This document shows positions 46,683 through 56,580 of a DNA stretch of 59,997 nucleotides, piece by piece (the first letter of the stretch is position 1; the number at the start of each line of letters is the position of its first letter). The stretch comes from a bacterium (GTDB lineage Bacteria > RBG-13-61-14 > DATKZS01). The DNA lies in contig JAWOBU010000262.1 of assembly GCA_046484135.1 (NCBI GenBank), positions 1 to 59,997 on the forward strand. The letters are read 5' to 3'. The notes below the pieces were generated by a model. That model ran no database searches, was not told the DNA's origin, and saw only the letters and a list, made by a program, of their open reading frames with translations. The translations under genes and the position numbers were made by a program.

Positions 46683-47610
46683 GGGGCGGGCTCTTCAAAC
46701 AATTGCTCCAGTCATGGCCGGGAAAGAAGCGGTCTGAAAAAGCGCGGGCGGCTCCGGCCTGGAGCGCCTCCCGCGCGGATGGTTCCAGCTCGATAAGCTT
46801 AAGATCGCTATAGATGTCCTCCAGGCTTCCCATGCCCGCGGGATGGTCGGAGCCGAACATGATCCTGCCCTGGTAGCGATGCAGTCCCTTCTGGAGCAGG
46901 TCGGGTATCCTGTCCCCGCCCGGCACCGCCTTGAGCAGCGGCCGGAACTCGTCCCGCAGGCAGGCGGGGACATTGGTCGCATCCAGATACAAATCGGGGA
47001 AATCCTCCATAAAGCCGTAAACTTTTTCCAGCTCCGGGAAGGCCATGTGCACGAAAACCGCGGGCAGGCGCGGGTAGCGCTTGAGTAGCTTTCCGAGCTC
47101 ATCTGCGGGCATGGGCTTTTTATAAAAATCCTCGAACCCTGTATGCAGGACCACCGGCACTCCCGCTTCCTGTAAAAAGCCGTACAGCCCGTCCATGCGC
47201 CGGTCCCAAGGGTCGAACCCCTGCACGAAAGGATGAAACTTGAAGCCGGCAAAGTCACCTTTCGCAAGGAGCCTCTCCGCCAGGCCGCTCTTGTCCGGCG
47301 TCTCCGGGTGCAGGCTCGCAAAAGGTATGGCGCCCGGCGTCTGTGCGCAGAATTCCTTGTTAAAGTCGTTGAGCGGTCCGGTCTCTTCCTCCTTTAGAGG
47401 ATAGACAAAGTTGAAAAAATGGCTCACCCCTTGCGAGGCCAGGTCTCCGAGTATGTCGTCCCTGGTGATGTTCTCCGAAAGCGGATGGGAAGGAAAGCCG
47501 CGCTTGATCCACCTCATAAGGCCCCCGAGCCGGCGGGGAGGCAGAACGTGAACGTGCGAATCAATGATAAAATTTTTGTCCCCTTCCTTTGCAGAAACTT
47601 CTGCCGCCAT
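46669..47610 (-). CDS. Amidohydrolase_2 family metal-dependent hydrolase
   Basis: IDSHVH, GFKFHP, HTG, HM, FGSDHP. Confidence 0.88.
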   Translation of the reverse strand: MAAEVSAKEGDKNFIIDSHVHVLPPRRLGGLMRWIKRGFPSHPLSENITRDDILGDLASQGVSHFFNFVYPLKEEETGPLNDFNKEFCAQTPGAIPFASLHPETPDKSGLAERLLAKGDFAGFKFHPFVQGFDPWDRRMDGLYGFLQEAGVPVVLHTGFEDFYKKPMPADELGKLLKRYPRLPAVFVHMAFPELEKVYGFMEDFPDLYLDATNVPACLRDEFRPLLKAVPGGDRIPDLLQKGLHRYQGRIMFGSDHPAGMGSLEDIYSDLKLIELEPSAREALQAGAARAFSDRFFPGHDWSNCLKSPPLNSL

Positions 47611-47650
47611 TTTGAACTACCTCTCGAATCAAGTTTAATTTTGCATAAGC

Positions 47651-48541
47651 TCACTGCTCTTCCAGATCGGCCAACTCCTTAAAATTCTTCCATCCCACCC
47701 GCTCGCGCTCGGCGTCCGAGAGCCTTAAGGAGTTCAGGATCGCAAGATAGGGAGAGTAATCGAACCGGTCGTCTTGGGCGTGCATATAAGGTCCGTCGGT
47801 TCCGAACAGGCACTTGTCCGCTCCCGCGACCTCGATTGCCTTTCGCGCCGCGGGCAGGTCCACGTACTGGCTGCTGGAGAGGTCCACGAATACGTTGTTC
47901 CGCCGGCGGGCCAGTCGGCAGACCTCGGACGAGTAGGGTATGCCGGCGTGAGCGTAGATGATCTTGAGGTTCGGGAACGTGTCCGGCAAAAGACGGAAGT
48001 CGCCCTTCTCTTTTACACCCAGGTGGACCAGCAGAGGCCGGCCTTTTTCCTCGCACAAGGCTGCGGTGTCAGATAAAAGTCTGACCGCGTAATCGTGCCA
48101 GAAAGGATGGGCTTTGACCCCGATCATGCCCGGTTGCGACATGCCGCCCTCCGCTTCCGATACCGCGTCCGCGGGCCCGGCCGGGTTTACCCATACATAG
48201 CCCACGAACCGGTCGGGACGGCTTGCCACTGCCCGGGCGACCGCGTCGTTGTCCGGCTGCGGGATGATCTCGTACTTGGCGCCGAAGAGGTTTACCTTTC
48301 CGTCTTTCTTGACCGTGCCGGCGTACATGGCGACCATGGCCCGGCGGCGCAGGCCTTTTTCCCCGTGGATGTAGCGGCGAAAGTAAGGCGTGAGCCGTCT
48401 GGCCCAGCCGGGAAGCGGACCGATAGGCGGGCACACGGCTGGAATCAGTGCGGTGCGGGAGACACCTGCGTCGTCCATGCTGCGAACCAGACCGGACAAA
48501 GACACCAGGGACTCTTCCAGGTGATAATGGCTGTCAATCAT
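47651..48541 (-). CDS. Amidohydrolase_2 family metal-dependent hydrolase
   Basis: IDSHYH, GVKAHP, HLG, AHAG, FGTDGP. GGAGG precedes ATG 48541 (alternative start 48577). Confidence 0.88.
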   Translation of the reverse strand: MIDSHYHLEESLVSLSGLVRSMDDAGVSRTALIPAVCPPIGPLPGWARRLTPYFRRYIHGEKGLRRRAMVAMYAGTVKKDGKVNLFGAKYEIIPQPDNDAVARAVASRPDRFVGYVWVNPAGPADAVSEAEGGMSQPGMIGVKAHPFWHDYAVRLLSDTAALCEEKGRPLLVHLGVKEKGDFRLLPDTFPNLKIIYAHAGIPYSSEVCRLARRRNNVFVDLSSSQYVDLPAARKAIEVAGADKCLFGTDGPYMHAQDDRFDYSPYLAILNSLRLSDAERERVGWKNFKELADLEEQ

Positions 48542-48670
48542 GCTGCCTCCATTATGCCGGGAAAAATCGAAATCCATAAGGCTTACGGTTTTATGTTATC
48601 CCTTCCATCCTCCCGGAACAAGAGCGGATGAACAAGGAACTCTCGCCTCGACTGCCGAGTGTAGAGCGGT

Positions 48671-48699
48671 TTGACTCTCCCGCCGGCATTGGCTATATT
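48671..48699 (+). promoter_or_regulatory. Sigma70-type promoter
   Basis: TTGACT-N17-TATATT; supports ATG 48734 rather than the track's TTG 48671. Confidence 0.55.
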
Positions 48700-48733
48700 C
48701 AGCCTTACGATAAAGCTGCCGTTTAATATTGAT

Positions 48734-50968
48734 ATGAGCCCAACAGTCCTCATTGGAGACAGCCAGATTGCCGTGGCCCAGGCCATGTCCGGCCTTCTGT
48801 CCCGCTACAATATCGACGCCGAGATTTGTAAAGACGGGTTCGAAGCGCTGCAAAGATACGCTGAAAAGTCCTATGATTGCCTGGTACTGGAGGTCGAGCT
48901 TCCCCGCGTGTCAGGCATCGAGGTGACCAGGAAAATAAGAGCTGCGCCGCAAGGAAACAGTGCCTCCATCATACTCACCACTTCCAGCTATAAAGGAGAG
49001 AAGTACCGCAACAAAGCAAAAGAGTCGCTTGGGGTACACCACTACCTGGAAAAGCCTTTCAGCAAGGAAAGATTCCTCGATACCATGAAAAGCGTTTTGA
49101 ACCTGACAAGCGGAGAGCCCATGGATAAAAACCTTCCAGCTGCGGCGCCGGGAAAAAGGCGCCCTGAGTCCCGGGAAAGAAAACCGGCAGGGCCTCCGCC
49201 GCTTGCGTCCGGCACGCGTGCTCCGTCGCAGGCCGCAGGGGGGACTACCGCCATAGCCGGCATTAAACCGCGCTCCGCGCTGCAGGGGGACCTCAGCACC
49301 CACCCGGTCTCCAGGATTCTGCTGGAAGCGAGAAGAAAAAGAATCACCGGCATCTTTTATATCAGCCGGGACGGAGAGGACCGCACCGTGGTCTTCTTAA
49401 ACGGACTCCCGGTAAGCCAGCGGACCTCGAACGCGGACACCTCTTTCGGGAACCATCTTTTCAACCAGGGAAAGATAAGCCTGATGGAGTACCAGGTCTA
49501 CCAGGGCCAGTACGAAAGCTCGAGAGAGCCCGACGACATTGTCATAAAAATGGGAGCAATACATCCCCGCGACTACCTCTACGAGTGGGCCCGCTACCTG
49601 GAAGAGTCGCTCATACAGCTCTCCGGCTGGGAAGATGGAACCTTTACTTTTCAGCTATGGCCCACCCTGCCGGAAGGGACTCCCACGCCCCAGACCAACG
49701 TGGCCCATATAATCCACCAGGCCTACAAGCTTCATCAATCCGATCAGAAAGCACGCGAGGACATGGAAAAGATAATAAACAGGTATCCTGTGCTTACCAC
49801 GTCCTTCTACGATTACCAGATGCATCTTTTTGTCGAACCGTTCGAGTCCATTTTTTTTGACAGGATTGACGGTGAACACAAGCTTTCCGATCTTTTTCCC
49901 GAAGACGAAACGGAAAGGCAAAAACTGGCCCGGGCCATGGGGGCTTATACCAGCCTCGGAATGATCGAAATGCGGGACCGGCCCGCACCCATGCAACCGG
50001 AAGCTCCGTTCCCGGTCCGGGACAGGAGCGCGGAAGAAAGACAGGAGCTGCTTGAAACCGGTCCGGAAGAAGAGATAGAGGAGGTCGAAGCTCCCACAGC
50101 AGAGGAGCCACCGGCAGAGGAAGGGTTTGACGACCTTATAGACGATTTGGAAGACACCTTGAGTGACGTGGTAGAACAAGACCGGCCCGACCAGAAACAA
50201 GAAACAGAAGAAGCCGCCCGGGAAAAAGAGGAGGAGAAAAAACGCCTCGAAGAAGAGCTGGTCGGCTTCTACGAAGAAGCCCGCCAGAAGAACTACTATG
50301 AAATCCTGGGAATGAAAATGCACGAGTTCAGCTTCTCCCGGATGAAGGACGAGTACTTCAAGCTGACCAGGAAGTTCAGCCCCGAGAACTTTATCGAAAG
50401 CTCAGGAGACGTACTGGCCAAGGCGGAAGAAGCCTTGAGCATCCTGGCCACCGCTTATAACACCCTCTCCAACGTCATAAGCAAGGAAAAGTACGACGAG
50501 ATGCTGGCCACCAAGAAAGGGGCAGCGGGCGTGCCCGGAGCCAAGGACCACGACCGGATGCAGGCAGAGGTCGCATTTCAATCGGGCATGGCCTTCATGG
50601 AAATGAGCGACTGGGAAGGTGCCGAGAAATCCCTGGGACAGGCCATGTCCCTGCAGCCGGACCAGCCCGAAATAATGGCCCACTACGCCTACGCCCTCTA
50701 CAACAAAAACCGCAAGTCCAAGACGGTCCAACAAAGGGTCGAACAAATCCTACACCAGGCCCTCCGCATAAAACCGAAGTGCGCGCCCGCCCTCGCTTAC
50801 CGGGGCGTGCTCCTCCTGGACGACGACAAGGTGTCCCTGGCGGAAGCGGACTTCAAAAAAGCGCTGTCCATAAACCCGCGCTACAAGGCGGCCCTGAAGG
50901 GTATGAGGGCCGTGGAGAACAGGCGGCAGCAGGACAAAAAGGGACTCTTCGGAAGGTTCAAGAAGTAA
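48734..50968 (+). CDS. Atypical receiver domain + DUF4388-like domain + degenerate DnaJ domain + TPRs
   Basis: Receiver fold (DGFEAL, LP.VSG, LEKPFS) with Glu at the phosphoacceptor position; TG...W.DGTFTF DUF4388-like region; NYYEILG..Y.KL.RKFSPE J-like domain; C-terminal TPRs. Confidence 0.82.
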   Translation: MSPTVLIGDSQIAVAQAMSGLLSRYNIDAEICKDGFEALQRYAEKSYDCLVLEVELPRVSGIEVTRKIRAAPQGNSASIILTTSSYKGEKYRNKAKESLGVHHYLEKPFSKERFLDTMKSVLNLTSGEPMDKNLPAAAPGKRRPESRERKPAGPPPLASGTRAPSQAAGGTTAIAGIKPRSALQGDLSTHPVSRILLEARRKRITGIFYISRDGEDRTVVFLNGLPVSQRTSNADTSFGNHLFNQGKISLMEYQVYQGQYESSREPDDIVIKMGAIHPRDYLYEWARYLEESLIQLSGWEDGTFTFQLWPTLPEGTPTPQTNVAHIIHQAYKLHQSDQKAREDMEKIINRYPVLTTSFYDYQMHLFVEPFESIFFDRIDGEHKLSDLFPEDETERQKLARAMGAYTSLGMIEMRDRPAPMQPEAPFPVRDRSAEERQELLETGPEEEIEEVEAPTAEEPPAEEGFDDLIDDLEDTLSDVVEQDRPDQKQETEEAAREKEEEKKRLEEELVGFYEEARQKNYYEILGMKMHEFSFSRMKDEYFKLTRKFSPENFIESSGDVLAKAEEALSILATAYNTLSNVISKEKYDEMLATKKGAAGVPGAKDHDRMQAEVAFQSGMAFMEMSDWEGAEKSLGQAMSLQPDQPEIMAHYAYALYNKNRKSKTVQQRVEQILHQALRIKPKCAPALAYRGVLLLDDDKVSLAEADFKKALSINPRYKAALKGMRAVENRRQQDKKGLFGRFKK

Positions 50969-50996
50969 GAGCGAAAATAAAATACATGCACGCCTG

Positions 50997-51025
50997 TTGA
51001 ACGCCCGCCATACCTCTGTTAACTT
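50997..51025 (+). promoter_or_regulatory. Possible sigma70 promoter for the radical SAM / FAD oxidoreductase pair
   Basis: TTGAAC-N17-TAACTT with an extended -10 TG. Confidence 0.4.
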
Positions 51026-51045
51026 CATTTTAGGTAAGTCCCTCC

Positions 51046-52554
51046 ATGAAAGCTTCACTCGCAAACCGGCCGGTGGAAAAGGTAATGCTCGTGTTCCCGC
51101 CGGTCACCATCGCCCGCATCTACGACAAGATGTGTTGCCTGCCCATGGGGATAGCTTACCTGGGAGCGGTGCTGCGCGAGTATTACGACGTGCGCCTTCT
51201 CGACGCGGTGGCGGAAGGACATCACCTCGAACGGGACGTGGAGGACCAGCGGGTCTTTCAGTACGGTCTTTCCCCCGACATGATCATGGAGCGGGTGCGG
51301 GCTTACGAGCCGGACGTGGTCGGGCTGAGCTGTCTTTTCAGCAGCCAGTTCCCCGCAGTGGCCGAGTTAGCAAGACTCGTGAAAAAGTGGAACCCGGAAG
51401 CCCTTACCGTAACCGGCGGCACCCATCCCACCTTTCTTCCGGAAAGGTGTTTAAAGGAAGAAGCGCTCGACTACATTATCATGGGAGAGGCGGAAGAGTC
51501 TTTTCCGAAACTGTTGCGGGCGGTACATGCCGGCACCGGCTTTAATGATATTGACGGAGTGGCCTGGCGCGAAAACCACGATATAAAGGTCCGGGAAAAA
51601 ACAACCTGGATTCAAGACCTGGACAGCCTCCCCTTTCCGGCGCGGGACCTCCTGCCGATGGAGAAGTACTTCAAGATCAACGTGCCGTTCATGTTCTTCT
51701 CGAAGAGTCCGCGAAATACCAGCTTTATCACCTCCCGCGGCTGTCCGTGCCGGTGCAACTTCTGCTCGAGCACCCGCTTCTGGGGCGGCCGGCAGAGGAA
51801 GCGCTCTCCGGAGAACGTGCTTGCCGAGCTGGAACATTTAAAGAGCCGCTACGGCATCGAGGAGATAAAGTTCGAGGACGACAATCTCACGGTGGACCGC
51901 GGCAGGGCCAAAGCCATCTTTCAGGGCATGATAGACCGCGAGCTAGACCTGGCCTGGAACATGCCGAACGGCGTCATGGTCAAGACATTGGAAGACACCG
52001 GGCTTTTAAGACTAATGAAGGACTCCGGTTGTTACGAGGTAATACTCGCTTTTGAAAGCGGCGACCAGTACGTGGTGGACAACATCGTGAACAAGCCCCT
52101 TGACCTGGAGAAGTCCCGCCACATCGTCAAGAACGTAAAAGCCTTTGGGATTGATACTCACGCCTTCTTCATCATCGGCTTTCCCGGAGAATCCCTCCAG
52201 CAGATCAAGAACACCTTCTCATTCGCCCGCTCTTTAAAGCTGGACAAGTTTTACGTGTTCATCTTCAACCCGCTGCCGGGAACGCCCCTCTACCAGGAGT
52301 GCCTCTCCCAGGGGCTTATCCGGGACGAGTTCCAGACAGAAGAAAACTGTTATCTTATCTCCGGTTTCTCCACTTCCGAGTGGACCCCCCGGATGCTCGA
52401 GTCCATGCAGAAGCGAGAGTACTGGCGGTCAACCTTCAGCACTCTGTTACGCGACCCCCGCAAGTTCTTCGGAAAGTACGTTAAAAGAATAATGCGGCCC
52501 GAGCAGATCAAGACGCTTTACAACATCGGCGTGGACCTGGTCCGGGGCAATTGA
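51046..52554 (+). CDS. Cobalamin-binding radical SAM protein (class B methyltransferase-like)
   Basis: PMGIAYL, GGTHPT, GEAE, TSRGCPCRCNFC, EDDN, ESG, FIIGFPGE, PLPGTPLY. Confidence 0.92.
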   Translation: MKASLANRPVEKVMLVFPPVTIARIYDKMCCLPMGIAYLGAVLREYYDVRLLDAVAEGHHLERDVEDQRVFQYGLSPDMIMERVRAYEPDVVGLSCLFSSQFPAVAELARLVKKWNPEALTVTGGTHPTFLPERCLKEEALDYIIMGEAEESFPKLLRAVHAGTGFNDIDGVAWRENHDIKVREKTTWIQDLDSLPFPARDLLPMEKYFKINVPFMFFSKSPRNTSFITSRGCPCRCNFCSSTRFWGGRQRKRSPENVLAELEHLKSRYGIEEIKFEDDNLTVDRGRAKAIFQGMIDRELDLAWNMPNGVMVKTLEDTGLLRLMKDSGCYEVILAFESGDQYVVDNIVNKPLDLEKSRHIVKNVKAFGIDTHAFFIIGFPGESLQQIKNTFSFARSLKLDKFYVFIFNPLPGTPLYQECLSQGLIRDEFQTEENCYLISGFSTSEWTPRMLESMQKREYWRSTFSTLLRDPRKFFGKYVKRIMRPEQIKTLYNIGVDLVRGN

Positions 52555-52558
52555 AAGC

Positions 52559-55384
52559 ATGGTAGTCGAAAGCCTGCAAAAAGACCTCTCCCGCCTCATC
52601 TCCGGCGAGGTTTTCACCGATCCCGTAAGCCGAGAGATATACTCCACCGCGGCCTGTCTCTACCGCATTGTGCCCATGGCGGTGGCGAGGCCGGTAAACG
52701 CGGACGAAGCCGCGAAAGTGGTGGCGTTCGCCTCGGAAAGAGGAATACCCGTAACGCCCCGCGGAGCGGGTACCGCGGTCGCGGGCCAGACCCTGGGGGA
52801 AGGGATCGTCCTGGACCTCACCTGCCACTTGAACCGCATTGTAGAAGTGGACGCGGACAAAAGGAAAGCAGTAGTCGAGCCGGGCGTTATTCTGGGGGAT
52901 TTGAATAAAAGTTTGAAAAGCGCTGGGCTCATGTTTCCGCCGGACCCGTCTTCCGGCGACTACGCTACGGTGGGCGGGATGATAGCCAACAACTCTTCCG
53001 GCTCGCACGCGCTGAAGTACAAAGACACCAGACGCTGGACCTCGCGCCTGAAGTGCGTGCTGGCTGACGGCAGTATGACCTGGCTCGAGCAAAAGCCTGT
53101 AATGCCCGAGAAGACCGCGTTTGAATCAGGAGTGTTCGAGAACCGCATCTATGGAGGACTGCCGCCCCTTCTTCACAAGTACGGCGAATCCCTGGAAGGA
53201 GAAAGGCCGCGGGTGGAAAAGAACAGCGCCGGCTACCACGTGTGGGACCTGTTGGAGGGCCGTCATTTAACCCCGGTGCCGCTGGTGGTGGGCTCGGAAG
53301 GGACCCTGGCGATGGTGGTCAAGGCGGAGCTCGAGCTCGCTTTCCTGCCGGAAAAGCGCCGGGCCGTGCTTATTGCTTTCCGCTCCCTGGAGAACGCGGT
53401 GGACACAGTGCAGAACCTGCGCGAGCTTTCTCCCGCGGCCATCGAGATTATGGACCACATGTTTATAGAAACCGTGCGCGAGCACCGGCGGGACCTTAGA
53501 GAGTTCCTGCCGGAGAAGGCCCATGCGCTTCTCCTGGTCGAGTTCGAGTCGGACTCGGACTCGGAAGATGAGCTTGCAAGCCGGGTACAAGACGCGCAAA
53601 AGGCAGCCGGCGGAGACTCGCAAAAAGTGGTCCTGTTCAAGGCAGCGTCCGGCGAGCACGAGACCCGGCTCTTGTGGGAAGTACGCAAGGCAGCGTCTCC
53701 CATTCTTTATCGGTTGCCGGGAAAGCGGCTCACCCGCTTCGTGGAAGACGTGGTGGTCCCGCCCGACAAGCTTGCGCAAGCCATCCGGGGAATACAGCAC
53801 ATATTGAAAAAACACGGCACCGAAGCCCCGGTGCTCGGCCACGCGGGATCGGGAAACCTGCATCTCAATCCACGCCTCGACCTTACCGACCCGCGCGACC
53901 GCGAAAACATGAAGCGCATCGCGGAAGAAGTCTACAGCCTCGTGATCGAGCTCAACGGCTCCATTACCGGCGAGCACGGCGACGGCATACTCCGGGCGCC
54001 TTACCTTGCAAAACAGTTCCCGTCCCTGTATCCCCTGTTCCGCGAGATCAAGAAGCTGTTTGATCCGCAAGGCATCATGAACCCCGGCAAGATCATAAGC
54101 GATGACCGGGAGATTCCCGCGGACCGGCTCAAGCACAAGGGGAAGCCGGAGAACGCTGTGCCTTGCGCTCTTCACGAAGAGCGGAGCATGGAGATGCTGC
54201 TTCGCTGTCACGGGTGCGGACTCTGCCGGAACTACTGTCCGGTGACCCGCGTGCGCGGCGAGGAGTTGGCCTTGCCGCGGTCCAAGATTTCGCTTTTACG
54301 CGCGGTGGCCCAGGGAGAGCTTGACGCAAGCGAGCCGTCGGTGCGGGCCGGGCTCGATCGTGTATTCGCTTTATGCACATTGTGCCAGAGATGCCTTACC
54401 GGCTGTCCCACCGGCATCGAGACGGCAAGGCTTATTCACGCTTTTTACCGGGACCGGCCGGTCCCGCCCAACCTGCGCGAGATACTGCCGGCCCGGCTGC
54501 CCGTAGTGCTTCCCGCCATGTCAAGGTTTCCCCGGCTCTCCTCCGCCATGCTGGAAAACCGGCTGATTCGTTCCATGATGGAAAAAACAGCGGGCATAAG
54601 AAAAGAGGCGCCTTTGCCCCGGCCCTGGCCGCACGCGCCCGGTTCCGGCGTAAAAGAAGGCGCGGGCGCAAGCACAGAGGTGGCGTATTTTCCGGGCTGC
54701 CTGGGAAAGTACGCTGACCCGGACGGAGAGACAGAGGCGGCAATAAAAATGCTTTCCGCCCTGGGATTTGACGTGCACATCACTGACCTGCCTTGCTGTG
54801 GGGAGCCGGCCATCGTTTCCAACCGGCTGGACGAGGCACGCTCAAAGGCGGAACAGTTTGTCCGCGCCGCAAAAAAGTGCGTGGATGAAGACGTGCCCAT
54901 TGTTACCGGATGCCCTGCGTGTGCGCTTACTCTCCGGTACAAGTACCCCTGGCTTTTGGGAGATATGGCCGGCGGCCTGTCCGGCCGGGTATTCGAGCTT
55001 TTCCAGTTCGTGGACGAGAACGTCGAGCATGAAACCCTGGGCCGCGTTTTCAAGTGGACCTCGGGAGAAAGCGTCATAAACTTCCGCTCCTGCCACTACG
55101 CTGCCATGTCCGGGACAGACCACGTGGGCCGGGTCATGCAGGAAGTGGACGGTCTGAGCATAGTGCTCGTAAACCAGACCTGTTGCGGCATGGCCGGGAC
55201 CTACGGGCTCAAGACCGAGAACCGCGAGGTCTCGGAAGAGCTCGCAGACTCGCTCGCCCGGTCCTTGCAGGAAGCGGGCCCCGGCACTGTAATAAGCGGG
55301 TGCCCGCTCTGCCGGCTCCAGATAAAACGCCTTGGCTATGATGTAGAGAGTCCAGCGGTTTTCCTTAAGGATATGCTCTCCTGA
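52559..55384 (+). CDS. FAD-linked oxidoreductase (GlcD/D-lactate dehydrogenase-like) fused to a [4Fe-4S]/CCG domain (GlcF-like)
   Basis: PRGAGT, PDPSS..ATVGGMIANN, GSEGTL, GHAGSGNLH, GEHGDG, FDPQGIMNPGK; CHGCGLC, CTLCQRCLTGCP, CCG motifs. Confidence 0.9.
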   Translation: MVVESLQKDLSRLISGEVFTDPVSREIYSTAACLYRIVPMAVARPVNADEAAKVVAFASERGIPVTPRGAGTAVAGQTLGEGIVLDLTCHLNRIVEVDADKRKAVVEPGVILGDLNKSLKSAGLMFPPDPSSGDYATVGGMIANNSSGSHALKYKDTRRWTSRLKCVLADGSMTWLEQKPVMPEKTAFESGVFENRIYGGLPPLLHKYGESLEGERPRVEKNSAGYHVWDLLEGRHLTPVPLVVGSEGTLAMVVKAELELAFLPEKRRAVLIAFRSLENAVDTVQNLRELSPAAIEIMDHMFIETVREHRRDLREFLPEKAHALLLVEFESDSDSEDELASRVQDAQKAAGGDSQKVVLFKAASGEHETRLLWEVRKAASPILYRLPGKRLTRFVEDVVVPPDKLAQAIRGIQHILKKHGTEAPVLGHAGSGNLHLNPRLDLTDPRDRENMKRIAEEVYSLVIELNGSITGEHGDGILRAPYLAKQFPSLYPLFREIKKLFDPQGIMNPGKIISDDREIPADRLKHKGKPENAVPCALHEERSMEMLLRCHGCGLCRNYCPVTRVRGEELALPRSKISLLRAVAQGELDASEPSVRAGLDRVFALCTLCQRCLTGCPTGIETARLIHAFYRDRPVPPNLREILPARLPVVLPAMSRFPRLSSAMLENRLIRSMMEKTAGIRKEAPLPRPWPHAPGSGVKEGAGASTEVAYFPGCLGKYADPDGETEAAIKMLSALGFDVHITDLPCCGEPAIVSNRLDEARSKAEQFVRAAKKCVDEDVPIVTGCPACALTLRYKYPWLLGDMAGGLSGRVFELFQFVDENVEHETLGRVFKWTSGESVINFRSCHYAAMSGTDHVGRVMQEVDGLSIVLVNQTCCGMAGTYGLKTENREVSEELADSLARSLQEAGPGTVISGCPLCRLQIKRLGYDVESPAVFLKDMLS

Positions 55385-55479
55385 CCTTATGTATTCTCGG
55401 CCCGCTTTTTCAAGCTCTCCGCTTTAACCGGCGCTCAGTTGGATTTACAATATAGTGAAAAGGGCAAGGGGTAATCTAA

Positions 55480-56568
55480 ATGACGAAGCAGGTATCAGAT
55501 GCATATAACGATCTTTCGGAATCAGAGCTCAAGGAGCGCGTGCGAGCTGTCAAGGACAAGCTTGGTCCGGAGCTACTAATTCTCACCCATCACTACCAGG
55601 CCCAGGAGATCGTTGACCTGGGCGACTTCAGCGGCGACTCGTTCGCTTTGAGCAAGAAGGCGGCGGAGCAGGCAGGCGTCCGCTACATCGTGTTCTGCGG
55701 CGTACAGTTCATGGCCGAGAGCGCTGCCTTGCTGGCGCGGGACGACCAGGCGGTCTTTCTGCCCAACCCGGAAGCGGGCTGTCCCATGGCCGACATGGTG
55801 GACGCGTCCCTGGCGGAGAAGGCCTGGCAGGATATCGGCGAGGAGGTATCCCTCGAACAAGTGGTGCCGATTACTTACGTCAACTCGAACGCGGACGTTA
55901 AGGCTTTTTGCGGCAGAAACGGAGGAGCGGCCTGCACCAGCTCGAACGCGGGCAAGGTGTTTAAGTGGGCGTACGATAAAGCTGACAAGGTCCTGTTCAT
56001 GCCGGACGAGCACTTAGGAAGGAACACCGCCGCGGACCTGTCAATCGAGCCGGTTGCCCTCTACGAGCCGGGCAAAGACCTGGGCGGGCTCGATCCGGCC
56101 ACCGTGCGGTCGTCTCCATGCCTGGTGTGGAAGGGATACTGCTTCGTGCACACCCGCTTTACGGTGGAGATGGTGGAAAAGGCACGAAACGACTACCCGG
56201 GCTGCAAGGTCATCGTCCATCCGGAGTGCAGGCGCGAGGTGGTGGAAGCATCAGACGCCTCCGGCAGCACCGAGCAGATCATCAAGTACGTCGAAGATCA
56301 GCCGGAAGGTTCGGTCATAATCATCGGCACGGAGATAAACCTGGTGGACAGGCTGGCCCGCCGCTATCAGGGCAGTAAAACGGTGGTGCCGCTTACAAGC
56401 TCGACTTGCGTTACCATGGCACGGATCACACTCCCGGACCTCTGCCGCGTCCTGGAAAGCCTGGAGAAAGGCCCGGACAAGTGGATAAACCAGGTTACCG
56501 TTTCCGACGATATAAAGAAGGACGGCGCGCTCGCGCTCCAGAGGATGCTGGACATCGTCAGCGGATAG
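55480..56568 (+). CDS. nadA: Quinolinate synthase
   Basis: HHYQ, GDS, FCGVQFMAE, AGCPMADM, YVNS, CTSSNA, PDEHLG, C.VH, HPEC, GTE. Confidence 0.96.
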   Translation: MTKQVSDAYNDLSESELKERVRAVKDKLGPELLILTHHYQAQEIVDLGDFSGDSFALSKKAAEQAGVRYIVFCGVQFMAESAALLARDDQAVFLPNPEAGCPMADMVDASLAEKAWQDIGEEVSLEQVVPITYVNSNADVKAFCGRNGGAACTSSNAGKVFKWAYDKADKVLFMPDEHLGRNTAADLSIEPVALYEPGKDLGGLDPATVRSSPCLVWKGYCFVHTRFTVEMVEKARNDYPGCKVIVHPECRREVVEASDASGSTEQIIKYVEDQPEGSVIIIGTEINLVDRLARRYQGSKTVVPLTSSTCVTMARITLPDLCRVLESLEKGPDKWINQVTVSDDIKKDGALALQRMLDIVSG

Positions 56569-56580
56569 ACGGAAGTTAAA

